Under the pieces are notes generated by a model. The model was not told the DNA's origin. It did not search any database and saw only the letters and a program-made list of their open reading frames with translations. Made by a program: the position numbers and the translations under genes. DNA of 29,886 nt from Gaiellales bacterium (GTDB lineage: Bacteria; Actinomycetota; Thermoleophilia; Gaiellales; F1-60-MAGs149): assembly GCA_964203735.1 (NCBI GenBank), contig CAXNNM010000001.1:1-29886 (forward strand), given 5' to 3'. Below, piece after piece: positions 1-8,280 of this stretch; within the stretch, counting starts at the first letter, position 1, and each line of letters starts with the position of its first letter.

Positions 1-171
1 CTCGGCGGCAACGTCCGCGTCGGCCTCGAGGACAACCTCTACATCAGCAAGGGTGAGTTCGCCTCGAACGCGCAGTTGGTTGAGCGCGCAGTCACGATCA
101 TCGAGAGCCTGGGTGGCACGGTTGCCGGTCCCGACGTCGCGCGCGAGCGGCTCGGGATCACCAAGCGCTAG
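1..171 (+). CDS. 3-keto-5-aminohexanoate cleavage enzyme / beta-keto acid cleavage (BKACE, DUF849) family, C-terminal fragment truncated by the window edge
   Basis: My frame-1 translation (not in the ORF track): [56 protein letters not shown]. The [11 protein letters not shown]...SNAQLV motif is typical of the BKACE C-terminus. Confidence 0.85.
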   Translation, partial: LGGNVRVGLEDNLYISKGEFASNAQLVERAVTIIESLGGTVAGPDVARERLGITKR

Positions 172-947
172 CGGTCTCGCCACTCCGGCTTGCGCTTCTC
201 GGTGAAGGCCGCCACGCCTTCAGCGAAGTCCTCTGTGCTACGAAGCAGGCCATAGGCGAGACCTTCGAGTTCCATCCCAATACTGAGCGACGTATTTGGA
301 GCCTGATTGAGAACGCGCTTGAGGGTGCGGAGCGCGACAGTGGGACGGGCCGCCATGTCGTCTGCCAACGCTGCCACAGCCGCGTCCAGCTCGGCCCGTG
401 GGTGCACCTCGGTCAGTAGGCCCCAACGATGCGCCTCATCGGCCTTCAAACGCCGGCCGCGCATGACCATGTCTTTCGCACGCCCCAGGCCAACCATCTG
501 CACGATCCGTTGAGAGCCGCCGGACCCAGGGATCATGCCAAGCGAGATTTCGGGCAAGCCAATCTGCGTATCGTCAGCCGCAATGCGAAAATCACAGGCC
601 AGCGCAAGCTCGAGACCGACACCAAGGCAATATCCATGCAACTGAGCAATCACCGGCTTAGGACATCGCTCGGGCGCAGCAACGTTGTCATGAAGGTGGC
701 TGATCCACTCGGGATCGACCTGCATAAACCCGGCGATATCACCCCCGGCGGTGAAGGCCTCATCGCCCGCTCCGCGCACCACGATGCAGCGAACGCGGTC
801 GTCGTTGCCGAGCTCTTCGAAGGCCCGGGCGATTTGGGCACGCGCCGTCACCGCGACGCGATTCATCTTGCCTGGAACATCGAGCGTCAGGGTCGCGACG
901 CGACGCGCTTCGTCGAGTTCGACGCGGAAGCCTTCGCATTCAGTCAT
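168..947 (-). CDS. hmfE: Crotonase-fold (enoyl-CoA hydratase family) protein, probable 2-oxoglutaroyl-CoA hydrolase
   Basis: Motifs [35 protein letters not shown] and [15 protein letters not shown]. It is the last gene after a Mo-hydroxylase trio and a CoA ligase, the hmfABCDE order. Start re-placed at MTECEG (ATGA overlap with the ligase stop, GGAGGAG SD upstream). Confidence 0.75.
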   Translation of the reverse strand: MTECEGFRVELDEARRVATLTLDVPGKMNRVAVTARAQIARAFEELGNDDRVRCIVVRGAGDEAFTAGGDIAGFMQVDPEWISHLHDNVAAPERCPKPVIAQLHGYCLGVGLELALACDFRIAADDTQIGLPEISLGMIPGSGGSQRIVQMVGLGRAKDMVMRGRRLKADEAHRWGLLTEVHPRAELDAAVAALADDMAARPTVALRTLKRVLNQAPNTSLSIGMELEGLAYGLLRSTEDFAEGVAAFTEKRKPEWRDR

Positions 948-2443
948 TGCTCCTCCTTCAGGAGTCGTCGGAGAAGCTTGCCCGAAGCGCTCTTGGGTAG
1001 CTGATCCACAAAGATATAACGGCGCGGCCGCTTGAAGCGCGCAAGCTCGGTGGCGGCTAAACAATAGGCATCTAATTGATCGTCGCTAACAGCAGCGGAT
1101 GCGACGATATATGCGGTGACGAGGTGGCCGAGTCGTTCATCGGGAGTGCCGATTACGGCTGCCTCCAGTACCGCGGGGTGACGAACGAGCAGCTCCTCGA
1201 TCTCAAGCGGGTGGACGTTCTCACCGCCAGAAATGATCATGTCGTCGATGCGACCATCAATCCAGAGGTCGCCATCTGCATCTTCGTGCGCGAGGTCACC
1301 AGGAAAGTACCAGCCGTCACGGATCTGCTTGGCATCGGCATCGGGGCGCTTCCAGTAGCCAGTGAAGGCCTCGTCGGATGCCAGCGAACAGACGACTTGA
1401 CCGACCTCTCCCGGCGCGACAACGTCAGTTGGGCTGGCCTCAAGGTCGGGTCGAACGAGACGAATCCGCTCGTTGACCCCCGGGCGACCTGCGCAACCTG
1501 GTTTTGCGCGCTGGTCGCTGTGGACGGTGAACGTGTAGATCTCTGTCGATCCATAGTGATTGACAAACACGTCGGGGTCGAACAATGCGACGCAGCGTTG
1601 GGTCAAAACACCCGTCATCGGCGCTCCCGCGTAGGCGATGCGTCGAACCGATGACACGTCACGCGGAGCCGCCTCGTGCGCCAACGCCATGTCATGAAAG
1701 AGCGTTGGTGCGAGGTAGAGGCACGTCAGTTCGTCGTGCAGCACGAGGTCGAGGGCGCGGCTGGCGTCCCACTCTTCCATCAGGTGGAGGCTGCCACCGA
1801 CCAGCGTCATCGCGAGCATCGAGCGCTGCCCCATCGTGTGGTACAGCGGCATCACCCCGAGCGTGCGTTCGCTAGGTCCGTACCCACACTGTGCAACGTG
1901 GGCGATCGACGCGGCTCGCTCGGCCGCATGGGAGCGCGGCACGCCCTTCGGATTGCCCGTCGTCCCTGACGTGTAGAGCATCAGAGACGGTGCGCACTGA
2001 TCAACATCGGTTGCCTCAGCGAGCGGAGCGGCAGCCTCGAGATCGGCGAACGGCGTACCTTTTTCGGCACCTGCGACAGCAACAATCGGGATCCCCTCGA
2101 CGAGCTCTGCGACATCAATCGAGTCAGGTTCTATCACGAGCAACGCAGACTCTGCATCCTGGACGCAGTAGTGAAGTTCGACGGGACGCAATCGCCAGTT
2201 GAGGGGGACAAAGACGCCGCCAAGCCACTGCGTTGCCCACCAGAGGACGACAGTCTCCTCGCGATTACGAAGCGCGACGGCAACACGGTCCCCTTGGCCA
2301 ACACCGAGCGCTGCCATGCCGCTGGCAACGCATTTCGCCCGTTCGAACAGTTCCGCGTAGGTGAGTCTGCGGTCGCCGTCGGTGAGAGCGACCGCCGCAG
2401 GGTGCCGCTCCGCACAGCCGATCAGATGTTCGGCAAAATTCAC
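944..2443 (-). CDS. hmfD: Acyl-CoA synthetase (ANL family), probable 2-furoyl-CoA synthetase
   Basis: Adenylation motifs LYTSGTTGNPKG, YGSTE, GRIDDMIISGGENVHP and PKSASGK. The GTG start overlaps the stop of the 2Fe-2S gene (GTGA). Substrate is inferred from operon context. Confidence 0.75.
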   Translation of the reverse strand: MNFAEHLIGCAERHPAAVALTDGDRRLTYAELFERAKCVASGMAALGVGQGDRVAVALRNREETVVLWWATQWLGGVFVPLNWRLRPVELHYCVQDAESALLVIEPDSIDVAELVEGIPIVAVAGAEKGTPFADLEAAAPLAEATDVDQCAPSLMLYTSGTTGNPKGVPRSHAAERAASIAHVAQCGYGPSERTLGVMPLYHTMGQRSMLAMTLVGGSLHLMEEWDASRALDLVLHDELTCLYLAPTLFHDMALAHEAAPRDVSSVRRIAYAGAPMTGVLTQRCVALFDPDVFVNHYGSTEIYTFTVHSDQRAKPGCAGRPGVNERIRLVRPDLEASPTDVVAPGEVGQVVCSLASDEAFTGYWKRPDADAKQIRDGWYFPGDLAHEDADGDLWIDGRIDDMIISGGENVHPLEIEELLVRHPAVLEAAVIGTPDERLGHLVTAYIVASAAVSDDQLDAYCLAATELARFKRPRRYIFVDQLPKSASGKLLRRLLKEEQ

Positions 2444-2922
2444 AGCGCCCGCTCCGACTCGGGCGGCAAACCGGCCGCGTCGGCAATCGCTTCGATGATC
2501 CCGACGTACCCCGTGCAGCGGCAGAGGTGCCCAGACAGCAGGTCTGTGATCGCCGCCCGACTCGTCAGTTCACCACGCTCCAGTGCCTCGGTGGCGGTGG
2601 CAAGAATGCCCGGCGTACAGAATCCACACTGCAACCCGTGGTGCGTCGAGAAGGCGACCTGCAAGGGGCTGAGCGTGCCCGCCGGGTCTGCTAATCCCTC
2701 AACGGTAAGGATCTCACAGCCAGCGACCTGAACGGCGAGCAGCAGACAGGAACGTGAGGCGACTCCATCGACGAGGACGGTGCAAGCACCACAGACGCCG
2801 TGTTCACAACCAACGTGGGTGCCACGCAAGCCAAGGTCGTGACGAAGGACGTCGGAAAGCAGGCGGCGATCTTCGATGTCGCGTCGGTACGTGCGACCAT
2901 TGACCGCGAACTCGACATTCAT
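2440..2922 (-). CDS. hmfC: CoxS/XdhA-type 2x[2Fe-2S] small subunit, probable furoyl-CoA dehydrogenase subunit
   Basis: GCEHGVCGACTV, SC, QCGFC and HLCRCTGY cysteine sets; ATGA overlap with the FAD subunit. Confidence 0.8.
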   Translation of the reverse strand: MNVEFAVNGRTYRRDIEDRRLLSDVLRHDLGLRGTHVGCEHGVCGACTVLVDGVASRSCLLLAVQVAGCEILTVEGLADPAGTLSPLQVAFSTHHGLQCGFCTPGILATATEALERGELTSRAAITDLLSGHLCRCTGYVGIIEAIADAAGLPPESERAL

Positions 2923-3758
2923 GCCAGTGCCTCCGCGAGCGCTCGAACGACGAGCGTGCCGATAAGCGATCGTCGGTAGGCCGATGGTGCGTGCGGCGAA
3001 TCAGGCGGATCCACCGACTCAGCGGCGAGCGCGCGTAGTTCGTTCGGTGGCACACCGGCCACGATCGCGGCCTCAACCATGGTTAGGCGAATAGGACGAT
3101 CGGACACTGCCCCAGCCGCAACCCGTGCTTCGATGACGTCGCCGTCCTCTATGTGCACCGCGAGCGCGACGATCGCCATGGCGTAGTCGCCGTGGCGTTG
3201 GGCAACTTCGCCAAAGCCAAAGTGCCAACCAGCACCGAGCACTGGGAAGCGCACTGCGGTCAGAATCTCGTCGTCACCGAGTGACGAGGTGAGGTACGAA
3301 ACGAACAGTTCGGCTGCTGATACGTGACGGGTGCCGTCGAGACCGACAACGACCGCCTCGCCGTCAAGACACACCAGCACGCACGGCAATTCGGCTGCCG
3401 GATCGGCGTGGGCGATCGTGCCACCGACCGTGCCGCGGTTACGTGTCGTCGTGTGGCCGACGTGTGGCAGTGCAAGATCCAACAGTGGACACGCTTCGAG
3501 CGCCGCGCGATCGCGCTCAAGCGCACGTTGCGTGGTCATGGCTCCGACAGTCACGGCCGTGTCCGTCACCTCGATACCGACGAGCCCGGCAACGTCACGA
3601 AGATCCACCAGCACATCGGGAGTGGCGAGTCGAAAGTTGAGCAGAGGCATCAGTGACTGGCCCCCTGCCACGACCTTCACGTACCCGCCCGTAGCGAGCA
3701 GCCGACAGGCCTCGTCAATCGTTGACGGTCGCTGGTAGACGAGTGGCGCGGGCTTCAT
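2919..3758 (-). CDS. hmfB: CoxM-type FAD-binding medium subunit, probable furoyl-CoA dehydrogenase subunit
   Basis: MKPAP start (ATGA overlap with the large-subunit stop), AGGQSLMPLLNFR and RNRGTVGG motifs. No Cys-rich [4Fe-4S] insertion. Confidence 0.8.
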   Translation of the reverse strand: MKPAPLVYQRPSTIDEACRLLATGGYVKVVAGGQSLMPLLNFRLATPDVLVDLRDVAGLVGIEVTDTAVTVGAMTTQRALERDRAALEACPLLDLALPHVGHTTTRNRGTVGGTIAHADPAAELPCVLVCLDGEAVVVGLDGTRHVSAAELFVSYLTSSLGDDEILTAVRFPVLGAGWHFGFGEVAQRHGDYAMAIVALAVHIEDGDVIEARVAAGAVSDRPIRLTMVEAAIVAGVPPNELRALAAESVDPPDSPHAPSAYRRSLIGTLVVRALAEALA

Positions 3759-6181
3759 TCCGCCTCTCCCTGCAACAGTGCCCAAACGCGCGCGGGCGTG
3801 AGTGGAATCGGGACCGCGTCTATGCCAATCGCGTCGGCAACAGCATTTGCGAGACAGGCCGGTGCGCTCATCGTATTGCCCTCACCAAGCCCTTTGGCAC
3901 CGAGCGGCGTAGTCGGCGACGGCGTCTCGATCGCGCGGTGGCGTACCGGGGGCAACTCGGTCGCGGTCGGTGGTAGGTAATCGAGGAACGAGGCCGTCAT
4001 CAGATTGCCGTCCTCGTCGTAGCGGTGCTCTTCGAGGAGCGCAGCCCCGAGACCGTGAGCGAGTCCGCCCATCATCTGCCCGTCGGCAATCAGCGGGTTA
4101 AGAATCCGGCCAGCGTCGTGCACGGTCGCGTAGCGGAGAACCTGCACCTGTCCGGTCTCGGCATCAACCTCGACGATGGCGACATCGGCAATGAAGCCAT
4201 AAACCGCCGAGGTGTTGCAGCGATCATCTGCATCTGGCTCGGGTAGCGGGATCGTGTAGGTCGCTGTCAGAGCGAGTCCACCGACATCGCCGACAGCGCC
4301 GGTGCCGGCCGGGTTCCAGTGCGCGCCGCCCGCCAAACGCCTGATGCTGATCGAACGCTCTCCATCGTCGGAGGATCGAGCCTTCCCATCGCTCAACACG
4401 ACTGCCTCAGGTGGGCACCCAAGCTCATGCGCGGCGAGCGTCTTCAGGCGGTCGGCGAGAAGTGTCGCCGCGTGGTGAATCGCGCTTGCGACGACCGCCG
4501 AGAACCGCGAAGAGTAGTTGCCACTCGAGACGGTCCAGGGGTTCGCCGAGGTATCGGCCTCGGTGCGAACGTCAACATCCTCGAGCGACACTCCGAGAGC
4601 GTCAGCGACAATCTGCGCTGCAACGGTCCGATGGCCCTGCCCTTGGGGTGTTGATGTAAACCGTACGGTGACCCCCCCGTGCGGCCCCATCGCGATCGAG
4701 ACGCCTTCGCTATTGCCCGTCTTGGGGAGGCCTCTCGCACGCACCTCTGCGGGCTGAGCAAGGCTGATGTAGCCCATGTTCGAGACACTTGGCTCGACGA
4801 CGACCGCTAGGCCGATCCCGACCAACCTCCCCTGCGCCCGCTTCGCATCCCGAAAGGCCAGTAGCTCGTCGTAGTCGGCAAGCTCGAGGGCCTCGTCGAA
4901 ACACCGCAGGTAGTCCCCAGAGTCGTAAATGGCTCCAGCCGCCGCGCGGTATGGCATCTGCTCCGAGCGAACCAGGTTACGGCGGATCAACTCGGCGTGG
5001 TCGAGGCCTAACTCGCCAGCCGCGATCATCATCGTACGCTCGAGTGGGTAGTACAGCTGGGGTCCACCGAAGCCACGATTGAGCCCGGTTGGAGCCCGAT
5101 TGGTCACCACGACACGCGAGCGTACGGCAAGATTTTGTACGTCGTAGGCACCTGTCAGGCAGCCGTGCATGCGGTACAGCGTCGCTGGTTCGGGTGCGCG
5201 TACGTAGGCGCCGACGTCATCGAGTAGGTCCAAGTCGAGTGCAACGAGTTTGCCATCGGCATCGAAACCAGCCGCGATCTCGGTCAGGCGCTCAGTCGCA
5301 GACGATGAAGCGAGCAAGTGTTCGCCGCGGTCCTCCGTCCAGCGCACCGGAATGCCAAGCACCCGACTGACCGCCGCCATCAGCACGACGTAGACAAAGA
5401 CTGCGGACTTGATGCCGTAGGACCCACCGCTTGCCGGCGGCGTGCAGAGGCGCAGCTTCGACGCGGGAATACCAAGTGCAGCAGCCGCGACACCGTGCAG
5501 CGTGAATGGTCCTTGAAAATTCGCCCACGCATCAACGCCACCCCGCGACTCGTCCCAGTTAGCGATCACGCCGTAGGTCTCGACGGGCGTCGCGCTGTTG
5601 CGCGGGTGTCGAAACCGACGGCGCACAACAAGCACCGCGGTGGCAAATGCCTGCTCGGGGTCGCCATAGCGAAACGTGCGGTCCGAGACAACGTTGGAGG
5701 TCGTCGCGGCGTGTAAGCGGATTGCCGTTGGCTCGGCCGCGCTTGCCGGATCGGCGACGACCGGCTGCGGGTCGTAGTCGACGACCACGAGCGCCGCAGC
5801 GTCCTCTGCAACGTAGCGATCCCGTGCCACCACGACCGCGACCGGTTCGCCGGCAAAGCGCACGCACTCGTACGCCGCTGGTCGATAGTCGATCGGCACG
5901 TCGAGCACCGATGGAAATGGCTGGGTAATCGCAGCGATCTCAGCTCCGGTAACGACGCCGATGACGCCATCCACAGCCAGCGCGGCAGAGACATCAATCG
6001 ACCGAATCTGAGCGTGTGCGAAAGGTGAGCGCACAATGGCTGCATGCCCTGCATGTGGCAGGGGATCAATGTCGTCGATAAACCACTCGCGACCTCGCAG
6101 CAACGGGTCATCCTCAACGCGAGTAATGCCGCGTCCGACCCAACTTGGCTTGGTCTCGGTTGCTTCCATCGGTTCCGACAT
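3755..6181 (-). CDS. hmfA: Xanthine-oxidase-family molybdopterin large subunit, probable 2-furoyl-CoA dehydrogenase large subunit
   Basis: Motifs VRFAGEPVAVVVA, GGSYGIK, active-site loop NRGFGG, QGQGHRT, SSGNYSSR and KGLGEGN (catalytic Glu). The start is uncertain: 6232 GTG, 6181 ATG or 6169 ATG. I chose 6181 because 6232 lies inside the predicted larB promoter. Confidence 0.75.
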   Translation of the reverse strand: MSEPMEATETKPSWVGRGITRVEDDPLLRGREWFIDDIDPLPHAGHAAIVRSPFAHAQIRSIDVSAALAVDGVIGVVTGAEIAAITQPFPSVLDVPIDYRPAAYECVRFAGEPVAVVVARDRYVAEDAAALVVVDYDPQPVVADPASAAEPTAIRLHAATTSNVVSDRTFRYGDPEQAFATAVLVVRRRFRHPRNSATPVETYGVIANWDESRGGVDAWANFQGPFTLHGVAAAALGIPASKLRLCTPPASGGSYGIKSAVFVYVVLMAAVSRVLGIPVRWTEDRGEHLLASSSATERLTEIAAGFDADGKLVALDLDLLDDVGAYVRAPEPATLYRMHGCLTGAYDVQNLAVRSRVVVTNRAPTGLNRGFGGPQLYYPLERTMMIAAGELGLDHAELIRRNLVRSEQMPYRAAAGAIYDSGDYLRCFDEALELADYDELLAFRDAKRAQGRLVGIGLAVVVEPSVSNMGYISLAQPAEVRARGLPKTGNSEGVSIAMGPHGGVTVRFTSTPQGQGHRTVAAQIVADALGVSLEDVDVRTEADTSANPWTVSSGNYSSRFSAVVASAIHHAATLLADRLKTLAAHELGCPPEAVVLSDGKARSSDDGERSISIRRLAGGAHWNPAGTGAVGDVGGLALTATYTIPLPEPDADDRCNTSAVYGFIADVAIVEVDAETGQVQVLRYATVHDAGRILNPLIADGQMMGGLAHGLGAALLEEHRYDEDGNLMTASFLDYLPPTATELPPVRHRAIETPSPTTPLGAKGLGEGNTMSAPACLANAVADAIGIDAVPIPLTPARVWALLQGEAE

Positions 6182-6191
6182 AGTAAACACG

Positions 6192-6208
6192 AATCCGCTG
6201 AGCGGAAC
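6192..6208. promoter_or_regulatory. Candidate operator 1, AATCCG-CTGAG-CGGAAC (core palindrome TCCGCT-G-AGCGGA at 6194-6206)
   Basis: Palindrome in the hmfA/larB divergent intergenic region; 14 of 16 positions match the site upstream of larA. Confidence 0.65.
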
Positions 6209-6214
6209 AAGATC

Positions 6215-6244
6215 TTGCGTTTGTTGGCCCACCCACCGTAGACT
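6215..6244 (+). promoter_or_regulatory. Putative sigma70/SigA promoter for the larB operon, TTGCGT-N18-TAGACT
   Basis: -35-like TTGCGT at 6215-6220 and TAnnnT -10 at 6239-6244. The larB ATG at 6254 has no SD, so the mRNA would be near-leaderless. Confidence 0.45.
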
Positions 6245-6253
6245 CCCGCCACG

Positions 6254-7036
6254 ATGGATCCCGTAAAGCGAACAACCGATCCACTCACCATGCTGCTCGA
6301 GAGCGTGCGCGACGGTTCGCTCGGTCTTGACGAGGCTACGCGAGAGCTACGCGAGCTGCCCTTTCGCAACCTCGGCTTCGCTCGCGTCGATAACCACCGC
6401 GAGCTGCGACAGGGCGCACCTGAGGCAGTGCTCGCCGAAGGCAAAACCCCGCACGAGGTCATCGCAATCATGGCCGCTCTCGCTGAGGGAACATCGTCGA
6501 GCGTCCTCGTGACACGCGTTGATGAGGCCTGTTTTGAGGCCGTGCTGACAGCGTATCCCGATGCGCAATTCCATCGGCGTGCCCGCTGTATTTGGCTCGA
6601 ACGTGCGCTCCCCGAACCACTTGGACGCGTGGCGATCGTCTCGGCCGGTACGAGCGATGGACACGCTGTTCACGAGGCGCGCATTCGCGCAGAACTCATT
6701 GGCACCCACGTCGACACCTATGAGGACGCTGGCGTTGCAGGCCTACACCGCCTTCTCGCCGTCCTTCCCGAACTCGAGGATGTGGACTGCGTCATCGTCT
6801 GTGCCGGTATGGATGCCGCGCTCGCCAGCGTCGTCGGTGGTTATGTCGCGGCTCCCGTGATTGCCGTGCCGACGAGTACCGGCTACGGCGTTACTTTCGG
6901 TGGCGTGGCCGCATTGCACGCGATGCTCGCTTCATGTGCGGCCGGCGTCGCTGTCGTCAATATCGACGATGGCTTCAGCGCCGGGACGATCGCGGCCCGA
7001 ATTGCCCGACGAGCCGCTGGCGAGGAGAGTGTCTGA
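6254..7036 (+). CDS. larB: NPN cofactor biosynthesis NaAD carboxylase/hydrolase LarB
   Basis: FARVDNHRELRQGAPEAVLAEGKT, AGTSD, AGMDAALASVVGG, AVPTSTGYG and MLASCAAGVAVVNIDDGF (PurE-like C-terminal domain). Confidence 0.93.
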   Translation: MDPVKRTTDPLTMLLESVRDGSLGLDEATRELRELPFRNLGFARVDNHRELRQGAPEAVLAEGKTPHEVIAIMAALAEGTSSSVLVTRVDEACFEAVLTAYPDAQFHRRARCIWLERALPEPLGRVAIVSAGTSDGHAVHEARIRAELIGTHVDTYEDAGVAGLHRLLAVLPELEDVDCVIVCAGMDAALASVVGGYVAAPVIAVPTSTGYGVTFGGVAALHAMLASCAAGVAVVNIDDGFSAGTIAARIARRAAGEESV

Positions 7037-8280
7037 TGGGACACGACGGACACGACGGACACGACCACGACCACAATCACAAACACCACGCAACGGTGCT
7101 GCCGACAGCACGGGGCATCGTCTATATCGATGCCATCGGAGGAGCCGCTGGCGACATGTTGCTCGCCGCACTGCTCGATGCTGGTGCACCACTCGAGTCG
7201 GTCGAGGCCGCCGTCGGCTCGCTGGTACCGGGGCTCACGGTCACGGTTGGCCACACCGAACGACACGCGATTGGTGCCCGCACGGTCACCATTGTCGGCC
7301 CCGATGAAGGCCACGTCCATCGCACCTGGCGTGATGTCCGCGCATTGCTTGACGCGGCCGACCTCGCGCCGCGAGCTGCCGCCCGCGCACACCGCGCCTT
7401 CGAGTTGCTCGCTCACGCCGAAGGTCGTGTTCACGGCCAAGACCCCGAGGATGTACATTTTCACGAGGTTGGAGCCATCGACGCGATCGCCGACATCGTT
7501 GGCGTCTGTGCCGCGCTAGAGGCCCTCGGAGCCGACCGTATTGAAGCGGGTCCACTCCCGCTTGGCCGTGGGGTCACGGCGGCCGCGCACGGGCAGATCC
7601 CACTGCCAGCACCGGCAGTGCTTGAGATTCTCCAAGGCTCCCCGATTGCTCCGAGTCTCGTTCAGGGCGAGACCGTGACGCCAACGGGGGCCGCCCTGGT
7701 CGCCGCCGTCGTCGACGCGTGGGGTGGCGTTCCCGCGCTGCGACTCGGAGCGACCGGGTACGGGGCTGGTCAACGCGACACGGCCGAGGTTCCAAACCTC
7801 GTGCGCGTCCTCGTCGGCTCGCCGCTTGCTTCCCCGCGCGACGAAATCGCGATTGTCGAGGCGACAATCGATGATCTCAACCCAGAACTCGTGCCCGACG
7901 CGCTCGACGATGTGCGCAGCGCCGGCGCGCTCGATGTCTGGACCACTCCCGTAGTCATGAAACACGGCCGCCACGGCGTGACCATCACCGCGATCGCGCG
8001 CCCCGTCGATCGAGAGGCCGTCGCAACCGCGCTGCTGCGTTCGACGAGTACCCTCGGCGTCCGCATCACCGACGGACACCGCATCGAACTTGACCGCGAC
8101 TTCATCTCGGTGGAGGTCCACGGCCACGACATCCGTGTCAAGCGCGGGCTGCTCGATGACGCCATCGTCAACGTCGCACCGGAGCACCGCGACTGTGTCG
8201 TTGCGGCGCGGGCACTCGGCGTGCCCGTCAAGGAGATCTGGTCGGCAGCGCTCGCGCAGGCTCACGGTGCCGGACAATGA
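7036..8280 (+). CDS. larC: NPN cofactor nickel insertase LarC, single uninterrupted ORF with an N-terminal His-rich extension
   Basis: YIDAIGGAAGDMLLAALLD, VHFHEVGAIDAIADIVG, ETVTPTGAA, EATIDD, STLGVR and PEHRDC motifs. Start re-placed at 7036 (TGATG overlap with larB). Confidence 0.92.
   Translation: MGHDGHDGHDHDHNHKHHATVLPTARGIVYIDAIGGAAGDMLLAALLDAGAPLESVEAAVGSLVPGLTVTVGHTERHAIGARTVTIVGPDEGHVHRTWRDVRALLDAADLAPRAAARAHRAFELLAHAEGRVHGQDPEDVHFHEVGAIDAIADIVGVCAALEALGADRIEAGPLPLGRGVTAAAHGQIPLPAPAVLEILQGSPIAPSLVQGETVTPTGAALVAAVVDAWGGVPALRLGATGYGAGQRDTAEVPNLVRVLVGSPLASPRDEIAIVEATIDDLNPELVPDALDDVRSAGALDVWTTPVVMKHGRHGVTITAIARPVDREAVATALLRSTSTLGVRITDGHRIELDRDFISVEVHGHDIRVKRGLLDDAIVNVAPEHRDCVVAARALGVPVKEIWSAALAQAHGAGQ
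7039..7089 (+). repeat. Short tandem repeat (GGACACGAC x3, then CACGAC/CAC units) encoding GHDGHDGHDHDHNHKHH
   Basis: Read directly at 7039-7089. Confidence 0.85.

Noticed and set aside
2919-3758. 4-hydroxybenzoyl-CoA reductase (HcrCAB/HbaBCD)
   Set aside because: The FAD subunit is only about 279 aa and lacks the Cys-rich [4Fe-4S] insertion of HcrB.
2440-6181. Aerobic CO dehydrogenase (coxMSL)
   Set aside because: The active-site loop is NRGFGG, not AYxCSFR (form I) or AYRGAGR (form II). Gene order is L-M-S followed by a CoA ligase and a crotonase, and no coxDEFG is present.
6934-7035. ORF-track N-terminal extensions of LarC (and likewise of HmfE, HmfB, the transporter and IclR)
   Set aside because: They overlap the upstream genes and are Arg-rich off-frame text. 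Coupled ATGA/TGATG starts give normal-length proteins.
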